A DNA stretch of 64,000 nt from positions 10,108,001-10,172,000 of the forward strand of contig NW_024704743.1 of the NCBI RefSeq assembly GCF_018977255.1. Reading direction: 5' to 3'. Both the position numbers and the translations under genes were made by a program. The stretch comes from Callorhinchus milii (Eukaryota). Below the pieces are notes generated by a model. That model saw only the letters and a program-made list of their open reading frames with translations. It was not told where the DNA came from and did no database searches. Shown here in pieces: positions 24,065 to 36,749 of this stretch (positions are counted from its first letter, which is position 1; each line of letters begins with the position of its first letter).

Positions 24065-24395
24065 TAATAATCATCTTTCTGTTTCATGTCAGGAGGATGT
24101 CCCAAAGCACTTAACAAGATATACTGTAAAGTGTAGTGACTATGTATTTGTGGGCGAACGTGGCAGCCAATGTACGCACAGCAATGTCTCACAAACAGTT
24201 GTGAAGTGAATTTTATCTGGAGGAATGTTGCACAGGACACTGACAGAAATTCATTTCTCTTTTCGAATAGTGCCATGAGATATTTAATGTCCACCTAAAC
24301 AGGCAGTCTGGCCTTGGTTTAACATTTCATCTGATGGACAATGTAGTGCTCCCCCAGCACTGCACTGGAGTATCAGCCTAGATTGTGACCTCAAA
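24065..24395 (-). mobile_element. Deu-domain SINE
   Basis: ttcgaatagtgccatgagatatttaatgtccacctaaacaggcag...cccagcactgcactggagtatcagcctaga. Confidence 0.75.
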
Positions 24396-25220
24396 AATTG
24401 ACAGCGTTTTTCACCATGAACCACCAATGGACAAGCCCTGATCTTGGCCCCTCTGAGTTTTTTGTTGTTGTAAGGTATCAGCAGCACATCCCTTTTTTGG
24501 AATGAAACAAACACAGCTGCAGCGACAAGATTAACTCGACTGTGTGTAAAAACATTAATTTCAAGAAGAAACAGTTTATCAGTAAATTTATTGTATTGAT
24601 AGATGATAAGCACTATTCCATCAAGAACAACAATGTAAGTAGTGATAGGTTAAATCCCCAAACATATCTCTCCAAACTGGCGCCACACTGTTATATCATA
24701 TGCCTCCTAATGGTGGACAGGAGTTCGCTGGTTCAAATCCCATATCCCATGCTGAATTTGCTGATCCCAGTCAGGGCTTCACTGGGAGTCCTAATTTTCT
24801 CTTAGCTTTCCCTGCTTCATATCTCCTGCCCACCTATTCACCAACGGTGCAGTCCACCCATCCTGTTCCACCCTACCATCTTGAACTCCATCCCAGAGTC
24901 CCTCTGCTTCACCCACTCCTTTCCCACCTTTAAAGCCCACCTTACTTTCTTTTCTTTCGACTGGACATTTGATAATCTTTACCTCCTTCTTCCTCAGCTC
25001 TCCCCCCAACTCCAGCTCAGGCTCCCTGCTAGTTCGTGTGAAGCACTTTGAGACATCCTCCTGATGTGAAAGGCGCTATATCAATGGGATACGAATGTAG
25101 TTAGGAAGATTAATACCAGCCAGGTTTCCCAATCTAGGTCCCTCTATTGTACCTTCTACTAGTTGTGTAGTGCATGAGAGTTGGTGAGGGGAGAAGAGGC
25201 CTCTGGAACTGTAAAGTAGC

Positions 25221-25534
25221 AAGAATCCTGTAGCTCAGTGGTTAGAGCACTCGCCTTGCAAGCAAGAGACCTGGGTTCAATTCCAGGCAGGGCTAAACCA
25301 TGGGCAAGTTTCCTTACTCCACACGCCTAATAATAATCCCTCCAAAACAAAACAATAATAAATTGGTCATTTTCAATCCATGACTGTTTGTGGGACACTG
25401 CTGTGTGCAATTGGCTCCCGTGTTTCACCCACAAATATAGTCAATTCACTTTACAGCATATTCTGTGAAGCGCTTTGAGACGTCTAGAAGACGTGAAAAG
25501 CATTATATCAAGTACAAGGATTATTATTATTATT
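25221..25534 (+). mobile_element. tRNA-SINE, short form (TAGAA-loop tail)
   Basis: Full head and core; tail gagacgtctagaagacgtgaaaagc and (ATT)n. Confidence 0.95.
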
Positions 25535-25929
25535 AAGAGGAGACTGGTGACAAGAGGCATATATCAATGGGAGGAAATAATTGGAAACACTAATTTTATG
25601 AAAAAGTCACATCAGTTATGGGTCTTTATTCCTTGCTATGAAAAATTAGTCAATAAAATAGTTTTGATTACTTTACCATTAATAGAACCTTCAGGAAGAC
25701 CTTGGCAGACCTTTTCTTGTTTGGTTGCAATCAACCGATGCAATACTGTAAATTGCATTCAAGCACATCATCTTGTGAAGCACAGCTTAGATTATTAACA
25801 GAAGTCTTTATAAAAAGCAAAGGATTCCCCACTGCTGAATGACCAAGAAATATTATAAAATAAAGCTTTGGACAAAATGCTGAATTGTGGGTTGTCGGTT
25901 GGCTGCTGCTGTAACTTGATGATATGCCT

Positions 25930-26075
25930 GCACAGGAAGCTCCACTGATGTCACAGTGTACAGGAAGTGCAACAACAGCACTTCCTGTGCAGAGTGCGCA
26001 TGCGCAGGGTGCAGGAAGTAATGGTGGCCTTGACCTGGCAACCTGGAAGTCGGCCATTTTTAGCACAGGAAGTCG
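25930..26075. promoter_or_regulatory. NRF1/ETS/YY1 motif cluster (promoter-like)
   Basis: TGCGCATGCGCA at 25995-26006, six GGAAG cores within ~145 bp, CGGCCATTTT at 26051-26060. Confidence 0.45.
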
Positions 26076-26919
26076 ACCGGCTGATCCGTACTGTGAGGGA
26101 GAAGTGTAACATACTTACCTAGTAACTGCAGTTCCACTGGGGCACTCAGGTCAAAAGCAGACACTAACTCCAGTGAAGCACTTAATAACAGCTTGTCCTT
26201 GTCCTCAGTTGCCCCAGTGATCTCTGGACAAGTTGTTTCTCAGCCATCAGTGTACAATTGCCAGAGAAGTGATGCCAGGTTTTAATGCCAATGGGAGCCT
26301 TGGCATCACGCCCAGTCGTAAAGAACAAAATCATGACTTTGGCTGCTGTCAACACACGGCTAGTAGTAGTGCCTTTTCCCAGCTTTTCAGTTAGAGGTGA
26401 GAAGATCCCTCTTGACTGCTAAACAGGCCACGCTATCAGCTGAATGATCACAGCAGCACCTTTTGCACACCATGGTGTCTCAGGTTGCGCGCAGGTTCCT
26501 TCACCCCAAGGTTTGCAAGGGAAACTGAGCCTGAAGCTGAAAGACATTATCAGAGGCCAGGGAGCAGCATGAGCATGAAGTCAACTGACACTGTGCTGCT
26601 GCTCACATCACATCGTTCTACGCTTTCATCACCCTTACTTTCCCTGCAGGCCTACAAGAGTTGCCGCACCACCTCCGCGCCGCCTACATGGTGGAATCAA
26701 AACCAAACTAAAGGTGGAACTGACAGTTCAGGAGGAAAAGGGCAAGCCATCACTTGAGGGCAGAACCTCTGTATAATGCTGCAGGGATCTAGATCAGAGA
26801 CCTGGGCCCAGTTGGCAAAAAGTCCATTTCTGGTCAGGTGCCCTCTATAGTGGTTCAAACCTAGAAAATATACACTACATACAATATCAATGTGTTTGAA
26901 GAACCTCTTGGGCTATAGT

Positions 26920-27767
26920 TTCATAGAATCTTACAGCATAGAAGGCAGCCATTCGGCCCATTGTGTCTGTGCTGGCTCTTTGAACGAGCTACCATCTAGC
27001 CCCACTGATCCATTCTTACCCCATAGCCCTGCAAATTCTTCTTTTTTAAGTAGCTATCTAATTCTCTTTCGAAAGCTATTATCAAATCTACTTCCATCAT
27101 CCTTTCAGGCAGCGCATTCCAGGCCGTAACAACTCTCTGGGTAAAACAATTCCTCCTGATCTCCCCTCTGGTTCTTTTACCAATTATCTTAAAACTGTGT
27201 CCTTGGTTACTGACACACCCATCAGTGGAAACAGTTTCTCCCTATCTACTCTATCTACAAAACCTCTCGTAATTTTGAACACCTCTATTAAATCTCCCCT
27301 CAACCTTCTCTGCTGCAAGGAGAATAACCTAGTTTCTCGGCATAATTGTAGTCCCTCATCTCTGGTATCAGCAGAGAAGTAGGCCATATGGCCCATTGTG
27401 TCTGTGTCATCTCTTTTAAAAGAACTATCCAAATCAATCCCACTCCCCTGCTCTCTTCCTATAGTCCTGCAAACTTGTCCTCCCCTTGACTTCTCTGCAT
27501 TAAATTCCAAATGCCATGTGTCTATGTCCTACTGCAGTCTGCTATTATCCTCCTCACTGTTTACTACATTTAGAAGTTTTGTATTTTCTGTGAATTTTAA
27601 AAAGGCCAGGTCACTAATATATATTAAAAAGAGCAGTGATCCTACTACTGACCCTTGGAAACACCAATGTATACCTCCCTCCAGTCTGAAAAACAACCGT
27701 TCACCACTACTCTCTGCTTTCTGTCTCTCAGTCAATTTCAGATCCATGCTGCTGTTGTTCCCTTAAT
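26920..27767 (-). mobile_element. CR1 3' fragment(s) of a second subfamily, with an extra CR1 3' end at ~27368-27480
   Basis: ORFs with FQGSVVGSLLFLIYISDL and RRLRGDLIEVFKI; the 3' end (reverse complement catagaatcttacagcatagaaggcagccattcggccc) recurs internally. Confidence 0.85.
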
Positions 27768-27770
27768 ATT

Positions 27771-30700
27771 ATAAGAACATAAGAAATAGGAGCAGGCGTA
27801 GGGCATTCAGCCCCTCAAGCCCGCCCCGCCATTTAATAAGATCATGGCTGATCTTCTAACCTAATTCCATTTACCTGCCCTATCCCCATATCCCTTAATC
27901 CCTTTAGTTTTTAAAAGTCTATCGATCTCAGTCTTGAACATGTTCAAGGATTGAGCATCCACAGCCTTCTGGGGTAGAGAATTCCATCAATTCACTGCCC
28001 TCTGAGTGAAGAAATGTTTTCTAAACTCAGTTCTACAGGGCTGACCTTTAATCCTGAGATTATGACCCCTAGTTTCAATAATAGTTTTAGATTCTCCAAA
28101 CAGGAGAAACAGTCTCACACTATCTACCCTGTCAAGACCCTTAAGAATCTTATAGGTTTCTATAAGATCACCTCTAATTCTTCTATATTCTACACACTTT
28201 GCACACAATATTCCAGGTGTGGTCTCCAAGGCCCTATACGATTGCAGTAAGACTTCCCTAGTCTTGTAATCTAACCCCTTTGCAATAAAAACTAACATGC
28301 TATTAGCCTTCCTAATTGCTTGCTGTCCCTGCATATTAACTTTCTGTGATTGGTGTACAAGGACACCTAAATCCCTCTGAATACTTACACTATCTAGTCT
28401 CTCCCCCGCTAGAAAATAATCTGCTTTTCTATTTTTTCTGCCTAGGTGAATAGCTTCACACTTCCCCACATTATACTCCATCTGCCACCTTCTTGTCCAC
28501 TCACTTAACCGGCATTATATCCCTTTGCATCCTCCTTGTGTCCCCTCATAGCTTACTTTCCCACCTAGCTTTGTATCTGTCTGTGAAGTTAGATACATTA
28601 AGCTCTATTTCCTCATCTAAGTCATTGATGTAGACTGTAAACAGTTGAGGCCCAAGCACTGATCCTTGCGGCACTCCACTAGTCACAACCTGCCAATCTG
28701 AGAAGAATCCAATTATCTCTACTCTCTGTTTTCTGCCTGTTAACCATTCTTCGATCCATGTTAATATATTACCCTTAATTCCATGAGCCCTAATCTTATG
28801 TAACAACCTTTTATGTGGCACCTTGTTGAATGCCTTCTGAAAATCTAAAGTACACTATATCTTTGGTTCCGCCCTATCTAACCTGCTAGTTACATCCTCA
28901 AAAAACTATAAAAGATTTGTTAAACATGATTTCCCTTTCATAAAACCGTGTTGACTCTGCCCAGTCATATTATGACTTTTCATGTGCCCCACGACGATGT
29001 CCCTAATTATAGACTCTAGAATTTTCCCTACCACTGATGTCATTGGTCTATAGTTCCCCATTTTTTCTTTCCTACTCTTCTTAAATAGTGGTATTACGTT
29101 TGCGATCTTCCAATCAACGGGAACTGTTCCAGAATCCAGCGAATTCTGGAAGATCAAAAACAAGGCATCCACTATCTCTGCAGCCACCTCTTTTAAAACC
29201 CTAGGATGCAGGCCATCAGGTCCAGGGGATTTATCAGTTTTTAGTCCCATTAATTTCTCTAGTACTATTACTTTGCTGATATTAATTTCTTTAAGTTCCT
29301 TACTAACATTAGTCTCTTGGTTCCCCACTACTTATGGTAAGTTTTTAGTATCTTCCAACATGAAGACAGAAGCAAAGTATTTGTTTAGTGACTCATTTTC
29401 TTTATTTCCTATTATAATTTCTCCTGTTTGTGCCTGTAAGGGACCCATATTTACTTTTGTTAATCTCTTCCTTTTTATATACTTGTAAAAGCTCTTACAA
29501 TCTGTCTTTATACCTCTAGCTATTTTACTCTCATATTCCATTTTCTCTTTCTTAATCAGTTTCTTGGTTATCCTTTGCTGATCTCTAAAGTCCTCCCAAT
29601 CCTCAGGTTTACAGCTCTTTTTGGCAACATTATAGGCCTCTTCTTTTAATTTTATACTTTCCTTAACTTCTCTGTTGAACCATTTTTCATGTGGAATTTT
29701 TATTTTTCAAGGAAATATGTGTTCGCTGGGAATTATCTATTACATCTTTGAATGTTTGCCATTCCTTATCTACTGGCATATCTTTTAATCTACTTTCCCA
29801 GTCTATTTTAGCCATATCGTCCCTCATACCTGCAAAGTTGGCTTTATTTAAGTTTAAGACCTTTGTTTCGGACTTAACTACATCACTCTCAAACTTAATA
29901 TTAAATTCCATCATATTATGGTCACTCTGCCCTAGGGGAGCCTTAACTTCAAGATTACTGATTAGCCCTGCTTCGTTACACAATACAAGATCTAGGATAG
30001 TCTGTTCCCTGGTTGGTTCCTCAGCATACTGTTCCAGAAAACTATCTCTAATGCATTCCATAAACTCATCCTCCAATTTACTCTTGACAATTTGGTTTTC
30101 CCAGTCTATATGAAGATTAAAATCACCCACTATTATTGCATTACCCTTGTTACATGCTCCTCTAATTTCCTGCTTAATATTCTGCCCAATACTGTAACTG
30201 CTGTTTGGTGGTCTATAAACTACTCTCACTAGTGTTTTCTGCCCCTTGTTGTTTCTTAGCTCCACCCATACTGATTCTACATCCTGATTTTCTGACTTAA
30301 GATCCTTCCTCTCCACTGTTTTTATTTCATCCTTTATTAATAGGGCTACACCCCCACCCACCCCCCACCATTTTCCATATTGCCTCTCTTTCCTATAAGT
30401 CAGGTACCCTGGAATGTTTAGCTCCTAGTCTTGGTCTCCCTGTAACCACGTCTCATTAATGGCTACTAGATCGTACCCATTTATCTCTATTTGCGCCATT
30501 AATTCATCTATCTTGTTACGAAGGTTTTGTGCATTTAGGTATAGCGCCTTTAATTTTAACTTTTTACTATTTCTCCTACTCATTAATGCCCTATTTTCTT
30601 TGTCAAATGCTTTGTCCCTACTTGACACACTCTGTTCTTCATCTCCCAGGTCACTATTCTGCTCTGCAGACTTGATTTTTCTTATTCGCTTTGCGAGTTT

Positions 30701-30948
30701 ACATTTAACTGTAACCCTCCCTACCCCCCTTATTAGTTTAAAGCTCCCTCTACCTCCCTAGGTATTTGTTTTGTCAGGTCACTGGTCCCAGCCTGGTTTA
30801 AGTGGAGCCCATCCTGATCGAAGAGCTCCCTCTTTCCCCAATACCGGTGCCAGTGGCCCATAAAATGAAACCCCGGTCTCCACTCTTTCAGCCACGCATT
30901 TAACCCTTTAATGTACTTGTCCCTGTACCAATTTGTGCATGGCTCAGG
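27771..30948 (-). mobile_element. Near-complete CR1 LINE (end of ORF1 esterase; ORF2 APE endonuclease + RT), disrupted
   Basis: ORFs: LNAWLKEW..GFHFMGHW..DGLHLN (esterase); LYLNAQNLRNK..AINETW; GGGVAL..VYRPP..VGDFN..LDLVL..SDH; KSPGPDGLHPRVLKE; QHGFMKGKSCLTNL; GVPQGSVLGPQLF; RGDLIETYKIL; tail tttcttatgttcttat. Several frameshifts. Confidence 0.97.
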
Positions 30949-31395
30949 TAATAATAATAATCCTTGCATTTGATATAACACCTTATCATGTCTTCTGGAC
31001 ATCTCAAAGCGCTTCACAGAATATAATGTAAAATATGTATTTAATCCCATGGAATAGTATTTTCTGCAATCCTACTCTCTGGGCCTCCATCCCAGAGACA
31101 CTTTGTCCCACCCCTTTCCTCGCTTCCTTTAAGAATCCATCTCAAGACCATCCTCTTTGATTGTACCTTTAGTCATATTATGACAACAATGATATTTTAA
31201 AAATGTCTGTAAATAGAATCAAAAAAATTTACTGAGTAGGAGGAGGCCATTCAGCCCATCCTGCCTGCACCGACTCTCAGAGCAAGCTGTTCTTTCACTC
31301 TCACTGCCTTACCCTATTCCCATATTTCTTGAAGACTCTAACGTTCAACATACCATATACATTTATTAATATAAAATCATTTATATTATAATAGT

Positions 31396-31730
31396 AGCGA
31401 TCCGCCAATCGACCAACAACTGGGTTCCTACTTATTAGGTAACAGAGGCATGTAGAATAAGGAAACTTCCCGGGAATTGAACCTGGGGCTTCTTGCTTGT
31501 GAGGTGAGTGCTCTAACCAATATGTTACAGGACTCCACACTTTCCGGGGGTTAATACTCTTTTCAAAAAAATTAACAATAATAATAATTTGGTTACTCAA
31601 TCCACGACTATTTGTGGGACACTGCTGCGTGCAATTGGCTGCTATGTTTCGCCCACAAAATGTACAGTCAATTCACTTTACAGTATATTCTATGAAGCCC
31701 TTTGAGATGTCTAACGATGTAATAGATTAT
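31396..31730. mobile_element. tRNA-SINE (long form) with inverted 5' half
   Basis: 31396-31540 is the head on the minus strand; 31541-31730 is the continuation on the plus strand. Confidence 0.85.
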
Positions 31731-32344
31731 ATATTTCAGAATAAAACACAATATCATCTGCAAACAGAAGTGCTGCAATTGTATTAGAAATGCCTGGAAC
31801 AGATACATCAAGTTCATTCCTCTCAATGTTATACAACACATCATTGATGAATGCATAGTATAAGGTGGGTGACAATGGACAGTGGACCTTGCATTATCCC
31901 CTTTTTGAGAGCAGCAGGCTCAGTGAGTCCTCTATTTGCCCTCATAGAGATCTTAGAGCTGGAATGTGCATCCTGAATAAAATCCAGAATTTAGCCATGT
32001 ATTCCCATAGCTTCAAAGCTTCGTCATGAGAACTTCATGAGGCATGAGGTCAAAAGCCTTATGGCAATGGTGCAACATGGCTCGATTGCAGGTCTGTAAA
32101 AACAGAACAAAACAGAACTACAGTGTAAATGTGCCAGTCACTGGGTGGTCAGAACTGATGTCACAAATTTAAAACTAAAACCAACTGTGCAAGTAGAAGC
32201 TTGCACATCTGCAGTTTGTCTGTCATTTTGGCTGTGGAAACTGCCTTCCAATGTAAATGTTGCGGAATCCACAGCAGCAAAACCTCTCAGGCAAGATTGC
32301 AGAGATGATTCTTGAAGCAGTTCTTCAACATGGGAGTACAGTCC

Positions 32345-32590
32345 AGTTTCCCTCCTCCCATTGTCTTGATCCCCCTTTCCCCTATTTCCATTTCCCTGTC
32401 ACTGTTTCCCCCTGTCTCTGATGCCTCCCCATCTCTGTCTTCCCCATCTCTATCTCCCCCCTGCCTTTGACTGTACCCCTATCCCTGTCTCTGCCCCACC
32501 CATCTCTCTACCTCCCTCTGTTTGTCCCTCCCTCTCTTCTCCCCTCTCTACCCACCTCCGTCTGACTCTATCTCTCTCCCTCTATCCATT
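32345..32590. repeat. Polypyrimidine (CT-rich) low-complexity tract
   Basis: About 245 bp that is predominantly C/T on the plus strand. Confidence 0.85.
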
Positions 32591-32710
32591 ATTGTGCTTC
32601 AACTTGCCTCGCACTCATAACATCAGAGCTGGTTTTGGGCTGAGAGTAAATGAATTTTTTGGAGTTTTTGCTTTTTAAAAAGCACAAATGTTTACAATAG
32701 ATCCTTATAC

Positions 32711-33695
32711 TACAAAAACAACAACAAAATTACACTTGTAAAGCGTGTTTCACGTCGGGAAGATGTCCCAAGGTGCTGGACAGACAGAGTTACGGACCTG
32801 AGATGGGGGTCAGAGTCGGGGAGGGTGGAGGGCAGGGAGAGAAGCAGGGAGATCGAAAGAAAAGTCGAGGAGGAGGGTCTTGAGATGGGTCTTGAAGGTG
32901 GCAAGGGACGGGGTGAGGTGGAGTGACTGCAGGATGGAGTTCCAGAAGGTGGGACAGAGTGACAGAAGGCCAGCCCACCATTAGTGGGGTGAGAGAGGCA
33001 GGGGACGTGAAGCAGGCTGGTGCCCACTGAGCAGAGGGAGCGAGCAGGATTTAGGAGGTTATGAGGTCGCAAAGAGCTGGAGGGCTGTAAAGGTGAGGAC
33101 CAGGATCCTGAACTGTTTCCTCTGTGTGATGGGAACCAGTGGAGTTGGACCAGATGGGGGTAATAGGGTCGTGGAGCCTGGTGTTGGAGAGGACATGAGC
33201 TGCATAGTTCTGGATGATCTGCAGCCTATGGAGGGAGGAGTTGGGGAGGCCGAAAAGCAATGAGTTTGCATAATCGAGCCTCGATGTAATGAAACCCTCA
33301 TGGGTTTCGGCAACCTGTGGTGTGAGACGGTGGCGGAGACGGGCGATGTTACAGAGGTGGGGGATTGCAGAGTGGGTCATGGAGCAGATGTGGGGTAGAA
33401 AGGATAGTTGGGGGTCAAAAAGCCGCCAACATTGCGGACTGGCTTAGCAAGGTGGAGTGTGCAACCATGGATGGTGATGCTGTCAGCATCTGAGGTGATA
33501 AGGCACTGACGGGAGCCATTCAGGAGGGCCTCGGTCTTGTTGACCTTCAACTGAAGAAAGTTAGCTCTCATCCAGGATTTGACATTCTGTCAGCGCAGCA
33601 GTGGTCCTGGAGTCAAGGGTGGAAGCAGAGAGGTAGAGTTGGGTGTCATCCACATAGATGTGGAAGTTGACTCCATGTCTGCAGATGATATCACC
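32711..33695 (-). mobile_element. 5'-truncated L2 (tail type B)
   Basis: ORFs MRANFLQLKVNKTEALL and ITSRLDYANSLLFGLP..RLQIIQN; tail (reverse complement) gggacatcttcccgacgtgaaa...(TTG)n. Confidence 0.92.
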
Positions 33696-34409
33696 TTGTC
33701 ATACACTATTATAACAACTTGCATTTGTATGGTGCTTCATGCAGTGGAGTGTCTCAGGGTGCTTCACAGCGGCGGAGCCTGATGCCAAGCCGAGGGGAGG
33801 GAGGCTGTGACATAAGCACAGTTGAAGAGGAAGGTCGTGACCTAAAAGAGGGGAAGAAGTGGGTAGAATATAACAAAGTGTTTAGAATTGTATTTTCCTT
33901 TCTAGGTCTAGTTTAATATTATTTTCCTTCCCTTTAAATGTTGTTATGGACTCGATTCCAACTACAATTCAAACGGTGGACTGTGGTTTTGGCGAAGGGA
34001 GGGGGAGAGGAGAGAGCAAGGATCTCAAATGACTCCACTGATGAGGAGGTTTAATTCCCTGTACTGCAGCCATCACATCAATTTTGTCAGTAAAGTATTC
34101 ACCAGTTTGCCTGCCATAGACACAGGCGAGGAGGATTCTATCATCACACACAGACTACTGCAGTTTGACCCATGCTTGCCGAGGGATTAGCTGATCTCTA
34201 AGGCTGTTATTTCATGAGTACAAATCAAAGCTTCTATTCACTCACTCACTCACATTTCTGTTACACAATATTGTCAAATCTCATACCTAGAAACTCAGCT
34301 AGAATGAAACAGATCTTCTCACTAATTCTCTTCTTTCTTTGAGGTGTTTGTTTCTGATTTACTTTGTCTGAGTCTGTGTGGCCACTGGACATTGTTCACT
34401 CTCCAGTAC

Positions 34410-34600
34410 TTATCTACATGATTGCTAATTGTGTGTGTGCCTTGACAGTGAGTGCTGACAGGCCATGGTGAAGAAGGGGGGTGGAGGGGAGAACTTTGTA
34501 GCCAAGCCCAATCCTGTCCTGCACTGAGCTCTAGGCTGTGCGAATCATAAAGTTGCAGCTTTGAATCCCAACTCTGCGCAGAGTTAGTTGGTCTCAGTGG
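34410..34600. mobile_element. LF-SINE-like remnants
   Basis: Minus-strand caggacaggattgggcttggct and ggcctgtcagcactcactgtc, plus-strand gcagagttagttggtctcag; family assignment is from memory. Confidence 0.4.
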
Positions 34601-34871
34601 AGACATTATAATGGATCTAGGTGACTCTAGCCAAGTGCAGATTGCTATATAGTGTTCTCTGCAGGAATGTGGGAGTATGGAATCAGGCGGGGAGGATTGG
34701 AGCGGATTCCGGTGTGATGCTTCCCCTTCCCCCCACCCCATTATGGTTGAATATTCCTTGCATTTGATTTGGCTCCATATCACATTATTTCAAAGCACTT
34801 CACAGGAGTTACTGTAGAGTATAGTGACCGTGTACTTTGTAGATAAATGTCGCAGATGATTTGCACACAGG

Positions 34872-35296
34872 AATAATAATAATCCTTGCATTTGATATAG
34901 TGCTTTTCACGTCGGGAGGACGTCCCAAAGTGCTTCACAGAACACACTGTAAAGTGAATTGACTGTATATTTGTGGGCGAACGCGGCAGCCAATTGCGCA
35001 CAGCAATGTCCCACAAACAGTCGTAGATTGAAAATGACCAATTTATTATTGTTTTTGGTAAAGTGAATTGACTGTATATTTTGGGCCAATTGCACCCCCT
35101 CCCACCGCTTCACCATGGCCATGGCCTGTCAGTGTCCTACAAACAGTTGTGGATTGAAGTGATCAATTTATTATTATAATATACAGAGGACGTGTGGAGT
35201 TAGAAAACTTGCCCAGCATTTTGCCCTGCTGGAAACCAAACCCAGGTCTCCCACTTGCGAGGCGAGTGCTCTAACCACTCAGCTACAGGACTCCAG
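34872..35296 (-). mobile_element. Tandem tRNA-SINEs: young 5'-truncated copy (34872-35058) abutting an older copy (35059-35296)
   Basis: The core is present twice; only the first copy has the CTCCC tail and only the second has the head. Confidence 0.9.
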
Positions 35297-36749
35297 CTAT
35301 AATCCCATTAATAGAAGACAAAACATTGGTCTAACTTCTCATTTGAAGGACAGCATCTCCAAAGTCTTAGGCAAAGTACCAGTGGATTCTCTACTGTTTC
35401 CCCAAAAAGAATCAGTACCTTTAAAAGAAAACGGGAGGAGAGGAGGCATAAGCACTGTTCATTTGAAATAAATCTTGATTTGGGGGCAGGAAACAGAGTG
35501 CATCTTGTGCTTTCCATCAAACAAAATAATTCTGAAACCCCAAAATTGAAGTTAAAATGTTATGCTAGTGGCCAGGTTTTACCCAACATGGCGTCCAACC
35601 CATTCAGCATTTAGTTTGGAACTGGCTGAAGGAGACACTATTCTGCGTAAGTCAAAAGAGTATTCAGCCCGCGAAACAGCCATTTAAGAATGAGACAAAA
35701 CAACAACAACTTGGATTTATATAGTGCCCCTCACACAGGGTGCTTGACAGTGCTTGGCGGATCATGATTCCGAGTCAGGAGAAGTGACAGTAGGCACGGT
35801 CGAAAAGAAAGGTCTTCAGGCGCATTCTGAGAATGGTGAAGACAAAAACAACTGATAATAAAGTTCTTGTGATAATCACATCACATACAGAAAATTCCTC
35901 ACCCCCACACCCCTCCCCCACCCTCACCCCACCCCACCTCCCCATCTGACAATTCTTAAAATTATAATGTGAAACAACAAATGGGAGATTGAATTCTACA
36001 CTTCAATTAATCTAATATCATTAACAATTGATAAGAAACTTTGGCAGGCATTTGATTTGTGTGATTCACAGCCATGTACTCTTCTTAGCCTTGGAAGTGA
36101 ATGAAAAGAGACAAAATGTCCTTGTGCTCAATCTCCTGACCCACAAGCAGCCAGTTATTGGAGACCAGCTGTGATTCTGGGACCAGACTCACTCCACGCT
36201 CGAAAGAGCTGATCGTGATTCATTAACAGATAATCAAACATTCCATCAAAGTTTATCCTTGTGAAATAAACTGGTCGAACAGCAAATAGCGATCTGTCTT
36301 TGGGAATCTGTATCACTGTGATTGTGTCGGGCAACAGAGGGAAAAATCAATAGGGAGCCTGAGCAGAGTTAACAAACATTTATCTGCCAAGGTCTTAAAC
36401 ATTAAACAGAATTTGCAGTGAGTGCCAAACTCAAAAGAGGTTGAGATGTCTTATCTGAGTCAACAGTGAAAATCAGCAATATGCATTTTTGTTAGTTTAT
36501 GCAGGTCATAGAATAATCAAAGATCTAATCAGTATATCCTTCCAGGTAGTTTAAGGTGCCTACTGACTACTGAGGCATTGTGTGGGGGTACAGGGCTCAC
36601 AAGTTTCTCAAGCTGGTGTTATAAAGCTCATTCTCAGGAGTGAAAGAATTTTCGTAACACTACCTTTCTTCACAGCTTTGTCCACCTGTCTTTCCACCTT
36701 TAACGATTTCTGCATGTTAACCCCTAGATTTCTCTGCTCTTGTATGTGT

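Noticed and set aside
26111..26122. U1 snRNA 5' end (ATACTTACCT)
   Set aside because: The following sequence is not U1; it is better read as a minus-strand splice donor.
34322..34783. 153 aa minus-strand ORF
   Set aside because: Spans SINE tail and LF-SINE-like remnants; no recognisable domain or splice structure.
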